Assembly (NCBI GenBank): GCA_964016885.1
Contig: OZ024743.1
Span: 252,898,001-252,962,000 of the forward strand
Source: Eledone cirrhosa
Lineage: Eukaryota
Length of the DNA stretch: 64,000 nucleotides
Reading direction: 5' to 3'
The notes under the pieces are model-generated. The model ran no database searches. It was given only the letters and a program-made list of their open reading frames with translations, and was not told the origin of the DNA. Shown one piece after another: positions 55,004 to 64,000 of this stretch. Position numbers and translations under genes: made by a program. Positions within the stretch are counted from its first letter, which is position 1. Every line of letters begins with the position of its first letter.

Positions 55004-55264
55004 TTTAGGAGTCGCAGAAATCCAAATGCTAGATTTTACCAACCATCTAGGGGTCCGGGTAAATTTTTCAATCACATATTTTTTTTATTTGTTTGACCCG
55101 AATTACTTGGTCGTTTCTATGACTGTGCGGATGACGGTTTAACCATCGTCTCAGTGTGTTTGGCCTTTAATGTATGTTGTAGCTCTGGTTCGTCAGAATT
55201 AATGACCGCTTGCCACACATTTCGTAATTCCAAAGCCGAAATACGATTCTCGCTAATTTATGTT

Positions 55265-55318
<54 letters not shown>

Positions 55319-55614
55319 TATGCTAGCGGCCTCACAGCCTTTGAATCCGTCTGTACTGTGCTTAATCCTTTTTATAAGGCACCTGTTGGCTTCTATCGTA
55401 ATGTTCATTTTCTTTGAATTGTAAGATGTTAAAAGGTATTTAAATGTACAGAACATAATTTAAAAAATTAAATTAGAATATATAAATACAGAAAGTAATA
55501 AATAAGATAATAGAAAAATGTATTCTATGAAAATCATAAATCATTTACATAACCTCAGTATATACAATGTTTTAAACTTTTTTCTTTGGACCAAATTTGA
55601 AGAGTTTGTTGGGG

Positions 55615-56110
55615 CTTCCTCCTCTGGAACAATCTACTTACAATTGACTATATGAGAAACAGCACTCTTCTAGAGGGAGACCGACAACCTACAGTGTTTA
55701 ACTTTGAGTTTTTTTAATGGTCGAAATTGACTCTCACTGGGAATTGTAATCGTTTGAAACACAAAGGGACATATGTTTGTATTAGCGGTATTCTAGATAT
55801 AAATACGATGTATCTCTTTGCACATCCATTGAAAGATTTGACTTCGATAATGTGAGGCTGTAGTTCAGTCACAACCATACACGTCCAATTGCACAACCAT
55901 GGCTGATCCGGGTTTCTGAGAATCATGATGACTGTGCCTTTCTTTAAATCAAGGTTGTGTGGCAGCATACCAAATAGTTTCAGACTGTTGAGAAATTCAA
56001 CACGATAATGAATAGCTACGTTCTCGTCGACAACTTTGTCGATAGATTTATGAGTCTGGCTACCTCCAGGCGTTATTTGTGAGAGAGTTGTGTTGATGGC
56101 ATTCACTGAA
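55615..56110 (-). pseudogene. Helitron PIF1-like helicase C-terminal fragment
   Basis: EFLNSL..GMLPHNLDLKKG..IMILRN..LCN.T, RIPL..P..FKRLQFPVR. Downstream decayed FS..QL.V..SR motif. Confidence 0.85.
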
Positions 56111-56905
56111 GGATTGCTCTTTAATACAGCCAGGACTCGTTAGAATAGTGGATTTAGCAATTGATTGAATAGGTTTACAACGCTTTCCATAACATTAGAA
56201 AATGATGAATGATCACAACATCCTTCAGTTTCAAGAGATTAATTTTCTATAAATTGAAACTGCTGTCAGGTATTTATCTGTAACTTCGAGGGTACCCCCT
56301 TTCCTTTGCGCTTCTGTCATTTCGACTGAAGAAATCTCTGAAACTAGGAAAATTCAAAAGTTCCCTCAATTCCGTTTTCGGAAAAGTAGGCGATTGCGAG
56401 TATGTCGGGGGGGGGGGGGGTCAGATTAGTTGAAATCATGAAAAATATCAAGGAATCTCATCCCTCACCATCGCCGTTTTCGGAAAAGGAAAGTAGTCGT
56501 TGGTGAGTCTGATGTCAGATCGGCCGACAATAAACGAAGATACCAAGAAAAGTTCTACTTGGAGAAAGTCGCAGGTGGAATGAGTAAGGAGTAAAGTAGT
56601 ATTTCCCTCTGTATATATAGCTAGCATGCCGAACAAACAGACAGAAACCAATTTCCCCCCATTCCTATTTCGGAAAATAGGTCGATGGCGAGCATTTGAA
56701 GAAAACAGCCAATTGAAGGAATTTTATTCAAAAACAAAAAAAAAACAAATATAATAATATTATAAATAAAAAAAATAGAAATATAATAATACAATGCTTA
56801 CAGAACGAAAACACAAACTCATATAATATAAAGGAAGGGGTGGACAACAGAAATACCACAAGAGCAAAATATAGCAGTATCGCGAGGAGCACTGGGAAAC
56901 CTCTC

Positions 56906-57105
56906 TAATGAATTTTGAGGCAAGCTAGCACGCTCGCAGCGTTACCTTGGATGATGCGTTGGAACAACCAAGCGCCATCGCCAGCTTCACCAGTTTCCTC
57001 TGTTGGGAGAGCCGCCAGTGAAGATAGGAATCCCGCAGTCAGCAGCCCGATTCTCCCAAACACCACAGGCTGGATAATGTAGTTGGTCGACAGATCACAG
57101 TATTT
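56906..57105 (-). pseudogene. C-terminal remnant of a CRE-like (restriction-like endonuclease) non-LTR retrotransposon
   Basis: Manual translation KYCDLSTNYIIQPVVFG...ETGEAGDGAWLFQRIIQGNAASVLA resembles the CRE C-terminal 'KY..L..Y.F.P...LFQR.S...QRGNAAS.L'. Confidence 0.6.
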
Positions 57106-57269
57106 TAGGATTATGCTTTGTTCAGCTGTAAGTTACGGATTTCCAGAATAATATCGAAGCTATTTATCAATTAATATCTATCGAGCAGGTCCAAATTCAT
57201 CTTTAACCTGTCAGTATTTTTCGTTGTAGTATTAATGTGGCAACATGCATCTGGTGGCATTATACATTG

Positions 57270-57447
57270 TGGCAGTATCGGTAGAGGGTTGGACACCATG
57301 CTTTCTAGCATAGTTACGTCCCTTTACAGTCTGAGTTCAAATCCCGCCGAGGTTAACTTTGCCTTTCATCCTTACGGGGTCGATAAAATAAAGTACCAGT
57401 AATGTACTGGATATTTGTTGGCCTTGTGCCTAAAGTAGAAACAATTA
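57270..57447 (+). mobile_element. tRNA-derived SINE (type 1)
   Basis: tggcagtatcggtagag, gagttcaaatcc, core and agaaacaatta tail. Confidence 0.85.
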
Positions 57448-57479
57448 TACATTGTGTCACTATTGCCTAACTTATTGTG

Positions 57480-59495
57480 TTCAGTCTGAGGAGTAATTTC
57501 CAAATTACTTTATCATTGAGTGGAAGTGGTCAAAAAGGTCAAGTCAGGGGTGGAGAAGGCAGGGCGAAGTGTGCGAGAGAAGAAGAGGAGATAGCAGTCA
57601 AGAGAGTAGGGGACAGTCAGGAGAGTGGTAGTTGGCAGGTATGGCCTGTATCTGTGTGTGTGGAGGTGTGGTGGACGGGAGAGGAGGTGGGTCAGCGTGA
57701 AAAGGTGAAGGAGAGGGTGGCGGTGTGTGTTGGTGGGGTGTATATTAGTGGAGCTGTTAGTAGGATGTGTGTGTGTGTGTGTGTGTGGAGGGGTGTTGGT
57801 AGTACGGGGAGGAGGTGCTGGTACTGTATGAGTGAGTGTAATATACTGGCTGGTGTGTGCGTGAGTGTTTGGGTGTGAGTGCGTGTGTCGTAGGGTGGGT
57901 GTTCGTATTATTAGTGGGGGGGTCAAATACGGGTGTGTGGGTGGGGGTTAGTGGTGGTACTGTGGGTGTGGAGTAGGTTGTGTATCAGTGTGTACGTAGG
58001 TGTGGGTGAGTGTATATATGCTGGTGTGTGTTCGTGTGTGCGTTGTGAAGGAGAAGATGGGTTGGGGGAGTTTAGTATTATTAGTGGTAGGGTGGTCGAA
58101 TGTGGATGTGTGGGTGGGGGTTAGTGGTGTTAGTAGGCTGTGTGAATAGTGTGAGTGAACGTATATATATACTGGTGTGTGTGCGTGTTGAGGGCGTGGA
58201 TGCGTGTGATAGGGGAGGAGGTGGGGGATGTTAGTATAATTAGTGGTGGGGGGAACCAAGTAGGTGGGGGTGGCTGAAAGTGGAGGGTACTGTTTATCTT
58301 GGGAGTGTTTTAGTGGTGTTTGTAGGGGGTGTAGGAGAGAGGAACAGTTGAAGGCTAAAGGAAGAGGAGTGCGGAGTTCAAGCCGGAGGGGTGTCTGTAG
58401 GGTTAAGATAGATTGTTGTTCGGCCCTAAATCGGGTTTCGGGGGTTCCATCGCATTCTATCAGGCCGCAGACGGTGAGGTTGCTGGCCGATGGGGGAATT
58501 CACGCCGAGACGAATATTTCGGAGGTGCTCCGTAAACCGATCCGCCAGGCGACGTCCGGTCTGTCCGACATAGGTCGCACTGCACTCCGTTCAGCGAAGT
58601 CCATAGATGAGGGTGGAGGAGGTGCAGCGGAAGGCATGCCGGACAGAGAGAGAGAGAGGCTGTTGGGACCCTGGAAGGTGGTGGTGTTGGTAATGTGGGG
58701 ACAGGTGTAGCAGCGGGGTCTGGAGCACGGAAGGAAACCGGAGGAATACGGTGGTTGGGGGTAGGGAGCAGCGGATGAAGTAGTTGCGGAGGTTGCAGGC
58801 GCGTTTGAAGGAGGGGATGGGGATGGGAAGATGGGGGGTAGATATTTTGGACTGGAGGCATCGGAAGAGGCGGAGGATGGTTCGGTGGAGGAGTAGGGTG
58901 GTGGGGGGATATGTGAGGGGGAAGGCGAGACAGTGGGTGGGGACACGGTGGCGTGGAGTGAGGGTGGTGGAGCGGTGGACTGTACGAGCGTGAGTGAGGA
59001 CGGCGTGATGAGGGAGGGGGTAACCTCTCCGGGTGAAATGGCTTTCCAGAGAAAGAGCCTGGATCTCAAAGTCAGCATCTCGGCTGCAGAGGCAGCGGAT
59101 CCGGAGGAATTGGGAGTAAGGAATAGAGTGTTTGGTGTGTGTAGGGTGGGAGGAGATGAAGTTGAGCTAGGAGTGGTAGTCGGTGGGTTTGAAGAAAGCG
59201 GAGGTGATGAGGGAGTGGTCGATGGCGATGCAGATGTCCAAGAAGTGGACGTGGGTGGTGGAGATAGAGGTGGTGAAGTGGATGAAGGGGTGGAAGGAGC
59301 TGAAGAAGGAGAGAAAGGAGTTGAACTGTTCGCGGGTGAAGGCGTGGCCCTGATGCACTCGTCAATGTAACGACGTTCGGGCGTGGGGCCGGTGTATTGG
59401 GAAAAATTAGGCCTCAACATGGCCGACGAAAAGGTTGGCATAGTTGGGCCCATTCTTGCGCCCATGGCTACACCAGTGACCTGTTGCTTAAATTC
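57480..59495 (-). mobile_element. 5'-truncated Neptune-like Penelope element (third type), C-rich, frameshifted
   Basis: QVTGVAMGARMGP, RYIDE, VHFLD..KPTD, PCSRPRCYTCPHI linker, YVGQTGRRLADRF.EHL GIY-YIG. CA-rich 3' UTR. Confidence 0.82.
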
Positions 59496-59535
59496 ACCCG
59501 AGAATGAGATATACACATACATATATATCTATATA

Positions 59536-59611
59536 CAGGGTGTCCCCAAAAATATATACACACTTCAACAGCATTCTAATCAGTGTGTATACATTTCTTT
59601 GGGACACCGTG
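59536..59611. mobile_element. 76-bp Tc1/mariner-type micro-MITE
   Basis: TA|cagggtgtcccc..aaatatatacacact ... agtgtgtatacattt..gggacaccgtg|TA. ~29-bp imperfect TIRs. Confidence 0.7.
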
Positions 59612-59686
59612 TATATATATATACAAAGACACACACACATAGACATATAAACACACGCACAGACACACACACACACACACATATAA

Positions 59687-59752
<66 letters not shown>

Positions 59753-59764
59753 ACACACACATAT

Positions 59765-60038
59765 AAATGGAGTTACTCCGTCGGTTACGATGATACATTT
59801 TTCAGTTGATACTATTAAAAGAACAGCCTACTTGTGAAATTAACGTCCAGGGATATTATGTGTGACACAACGTGTGACAAGGCTGGTCTTTCGAATTACA
59901 GGTACAACTCATTTTTGCCAGCTAAGTGGAATGGAGCAACGGGAAATAAAGTGTCTTGCTCAAGGACACAACGCGACGCCGTGAACGAAACTGATGACCA
60001 TATTATTGTGAGCCAAATACCCTAATCACGCGCTTCCA
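59765..60038 (-). mobile_element. tRNA-derived SINE (type 2 variant)
   Basis: gtccttgagcaagacactttatttccc core on the minus strand. Confidence 0.65.
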
Positions 60039-60085
60039 CACACATAAATATATATATATAAACACACACACACTCACATATATAT

Positions 60086-63000
60086 ACTAGCAGAAGTATC
60101 CGGCGTTGCCCGGGTGTAAGTCGACCTTTGCTCTGTTGTTAAAATGTGTGAAAGTTACTTCCCGCGTATCACCGGCGCAAAAACCTTCAAACCTCAAGGA
60201 AAAAAACAGAGGTTAGTAGACGCAGGTGTGTAATTGAGCATAAATAATGGGTCAATTGTAGGTTCACATTGTATCATTGAATTTGTTCTTTGCGCGACTG
60301 ACGGAAGTCAAATTCACTTGAAATTGAATTTTCAGTTGATTTTTAAAGCAGGGTGAAAAAGTCGATCTTTTTACAATTTTCGCGCTCACATGTGCAGAAC
60401 AAGAAATAAAAGGGATTTTATCTGAACAGCGGCATAATGGCGAGTCATTTGCGACAGTTTTCAAGAAAATCGGACGTTCCTGTAAACATTTTTCCCATGT
60501 GCAACTTTGCCTTGTTTTTTGCGCAAAGTCGAACCCCCGCTTCAGTTTTATTGATTTATTACATGAATGCGTGACCTCTGAAGTAGATTTGAGTAGCTAA
60601 AAACCTTAAATTTGCTATAGGTGAAAAAAAGTTGATCAAAATTGTGTCTAGGGTTATTGCCCTTTGCAACAGCCTCAACGTGTTTTCAAGTATGGTTTGT
60701 TAATTTGTTGTGGAACTAAATCGACTTTCGTCAAATCGGACCGAGGAAACAATGTTCCCATTTGTCTTTCTAGCTGGTGTACCCAGTTACACTCGGGGTT
60801 ATAAGGCGCTGGATTTAAACGGGTCTGCGCTAAATTCCAGCAGGATGCTTTAACCGAAATAAATGAAGAACAAACGTTTCTTTTTGTGCTCCAATCTGTG
60901 ATATTGGTATTTTGAAAAAATAGTCCACAAACATCCATGGAGCATGTGTAACGCATGTATCAGGTTATGAGAAAAGGGGTTTTCAATTCTCCATTCATAA
61001 GAAATCAAAAAATTGCACGCAAATACACAGGGATTTTAAGGTACTGCCCAATTCATAGCTGAAAGGTAAGAATCAAGTGGAATAATGATTTGCGACATTG
61101 TCAAATGTACAACCGTACAAAATCAAAGGATATAGCCATTGAAATCTAGGTAGACCAAAGAATTTGGTGGGGTTGTATATCAGAGGATTGTTTTCCTTGT
61201 GATTCGCGTCTAGCCTACAAATTGAAGTTAGATGATTGTAGTCGGTGTTGTATCAATAAAAAATAAAAGCATAGGGAAGACTGAACACTTACGAATTAAG
61301 TGAAAATCACGTTGATATTCCTATCGGAGCAACATGTGCCGAAAAACTTGACGGACTGTTGTGTCAATATTGAAATCGTAGAAATTGCGAATCCCGACGT
61401 CTAAGATGTAATCTTGGAGGTGAAGAGGAAGAATTGGTACAATTGTTTTGCTGAACATGTTGACCATTAATTTAAATAGACTTACGCAGCATCATCGTGC
61501 GGTTTTGTTGTTTATGGCCTGGAATGAGAGCCGGTTAAACGCGGCAGAAAAATAAGCCATGCTGATGATGTTTAGGGGCGTCGCAGGGAATAGATGCGGC
61601 GTTGTGAGTCAATTGTGAGTACAGTGGAAGGCACGTTGATCGCTTGAGAAGACGTGATGCAACACAGGATGCTTCTCGGCCATAATTGACAGAAAGGCAT
61701 GTCAGGAGAAATGAAAGAGTTGCTATTCATCCTTTGCTTAACATAATGAACATGTAATTAAAAACATTTACCATGGACTATCGTGCACGTTGGTATTGTG
61801 TTTAGCCTGGGAAAATCGGTGTTCAAATGGGGCAACAATAAGCCATGCTGATGACGTCTAAGCGTGTGGCAAGGAATTGATGCCACATAGATAGCCATGG
61901 GAGTCTTGAAGGAGCACAGCGGTCAGGCAAAAGAAAGGGCCGAGGAGGGGATGGTGGCTGACAGTGCATGGATGCAGCATCCTGAGGCATGACGATGCAG
62001 TGGGACGATGGCGTGCAGGCAACGCAGAGGGCAGGGGTTGACGGTGGCAGGGATGCGACTTGGTCCCCCAAGACTGCCATGCCTAGGCAGTGGAAAGGGT
62101 CGGGGAGTTGATGGCGGCTCACAGGGCAGGGATGCAACATGATGAGGCATGACAAAAGGGCAGGGTGCATGGCGGCTGACAGGGCGTGGAAGCGGCATGC
62201 CAATTGAGTTGCACCTAGGGAATGTAGAGAGCACCGGGAGGCACGATGATTGTTTGAGAAAACCAGGTGCAAGGCAGGAAGTTTATCGGCCATACATGAT
62301 CGGTAGGCTTTGGAGGAGAAAGGGATGAATTTTTGTTTAATTTTGTTAAATATGGTCGAAATGAATGTAAAAAGACTTAGACAGGATCGTTTTCATATTC
62401 GGTGCTGTCTTTGGTTTGAGATAATGGGCGGTTATGTGCGGCGCAGGAATAAACCATGCTGATGACATTTGAGCAAGTTGCTGACAGGGCAGGAATGCCA
62501 CATTATGAGCCATGGCAGTCGTGAGGGACCAAGGCGTGCGGGCAAGGGAGAGGGCAGGGGTTGACGGTGGCAGGGATGCGGCTTGGTTAGGCATGGCAGT
62601 CTTGAAGGAGCACGGTTGGCAGGCGAAATAAAGGGCTGAGGAGGGGATGGCGGCTGACAGATCATGGATGCGGAATGGTGAGGCATAACTATGCAGTGGG
62701 TCGACGGCGTGCAGGGAAGGGAGATGGCCGGGATTGACGGTTGCAGGGAATCCGCATGGTGAGCCATGGCACTCGTGAAGGACTAAGGTGTGCGGTTAAG
62801 GGAGAGGGCAGGGGAGCGAATGGCGGCTGACAGAGCATGGATGCGGCAGGGTGAGGCATAACGATGCAGTGGGTCGACGGCGTGCAGGGAAGAGAGATGG
62901 CCGGGATTGATGGTTGCAGGGATTCCGCATGGTGAACCATGGCACTCGTGAAGGACCAAGGCGTGCTGGTAAGGGAGAGGGCAGGGGAGGGCATGGCGGC

Positions 63001-64000
63001 TGACAGAGCATGGATGCGGCATGGTGAGGCATGACGATGCAGTGGGACAACGGCGTGCAGGGAAGGGAAAGGGCAGGATTTGATGGTGGCAGGGATGCGG
63101 CTTGGTTAGGCATGGCAGTCTTGAAGGAGCACGGCGGGCAGGCAAAGGAAAGGGCTAAGGAGGGGATGGTGGCCGACAGGGCAGTAATGCGCCATGGTGA
63201 GGCATGACGATGCAGTGGCATGTTGAGCCGTGGAAATCATTAGGGCCCACGGAGGGCAGGCAATGGAAAGGGCTGTGGAATGAATTGCGGCTGACAAGGC
63301 AGAGATGAGCATGGTGATGCACAACGATGCAGTGGGTCGACGGTGTGCAGGGAAGGGAGAGGGCAGGGGTTGACGGATGCCTCATTATGCTACGGTAGTG
63401 GGACCACGGGAATGAAGAGAGCGCATGGAGGCTCGATGATCGCTTGAGAAGACTGGGCGCACTACAGGATGATGCGCGGCGGTATAGTCTTGATAGTCCT
63501 TATATAAGAAATGGAAGAATCGGCATAAAAGTTTTGCTGAATATGGTGAAACTTACGGTGGATAATCCTGATAGATTGAACGTTTTTTGCATGGCGGAAG
63601 TCGCGACAAATGAAGCAAGAAGAATGGCGTTTTTCGGTTGCTGTATTTTTGCCTCTAGGCGTCCGATTATCGATTGGTTTGAAAATTTCAAGTACCCCAC
63701 GTTGATCCCCGCATCAAAATACATACCTACGTCAAATTTCATTGAAATCGGAAAAATTTCGTAAATATGGATTTTGGCCTCTGGTGATCCAATTATTGAT
63801 TTTTCCCGGGATCCAAATACACACTTGCGTCGAGTTTAATCGAAATCGGACGATTTTTTAAAATATTGATTTTTGGCTTCTGGGGACACGATTATCGATT
63901 TTTCGAAAATTTCTCGTAGCCTATTCCAATCTACGAGTCGAGTTTTATATGTGTCAAGTATCATGAAAAGCGGATGAACGGTGTAGCCTGAAAGTTCGAG
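60086..64000 (+). mobile_element. Probable non-autonomous Helitron/Helentron (HINE/DINE-1-like) with internal tandem array; runs off window end
   Basis: Start actagcagaagtatccggcgttgcccggg (hairpin). The 3' region has repeated 'aaatttcattgaaatcgg' / 'aagtatcatgaaaagcggatgaacggtgtagcc' blocks typical of these elements. Confidence 0.55.
61880..63380. repeat. G-rich degenerate tandem array, ~173-bp period of ~58-bp subunits
   Basis: 'tggcggctgacag' at 62648, 62821, 62994 and a variant at 63167. Confidence 0.85.

Noticed and set aside
55100-55200. Minus-strand CTGACGA...GAAA...GTA
   Set aside because: Stems I and II do not pair convincingly.
56325-56350. CTGAAGAaatctctGAAActag
   Set aside because: No stem II and no UH or stem I pairing.
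57477-59370. Plus-strand Gly/Val-rich ORFs
   Set aside because: Antisense of the C-rich Neptune-like element and its UTR.
61823-63385. Pro/His/Cys-rich ORFs on the minus strand
   Set aside because: Translation of the GC-rich tandem array in multiple frames.

Overview
Eukaryotic, AT-rich, microsatellite-dense DNA with no host gene I can support. The repeat inventory resembles cephalopod (octopus-like) genomic DNA, which is an inference. It is dominated by decayed mobile elements: three structurally different Penelope-like elements (PLEs; RT + GIY-YIG), two L1/Tx1-type LINEs, an RTE LINE plus fragments, CR1-like and CRE-like remnants, a Helitron PIF1-helicase fragment, a probable non-autonomous Helentron/HINE-like element with an internal tandem array, piggyBac- and Tc1-type MITEs, many tRNA-derived SINEs, and several mini/satellites. 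Most ORFs in the track are (TA)n/(CA)n artefacts. The most notable hidden signal is a dense set of minimal type I hammerhead ribozyme motifs (9 with complete cores plus several degenerate ones). Several of these sit in short ORF-less cassettes embedded in (TA)n tracts, and retroelement junctions repeatedly fall in specific microsatellites ((TA)n, (GATA)n, (ATT)n). All folds and alignments were done by eye.
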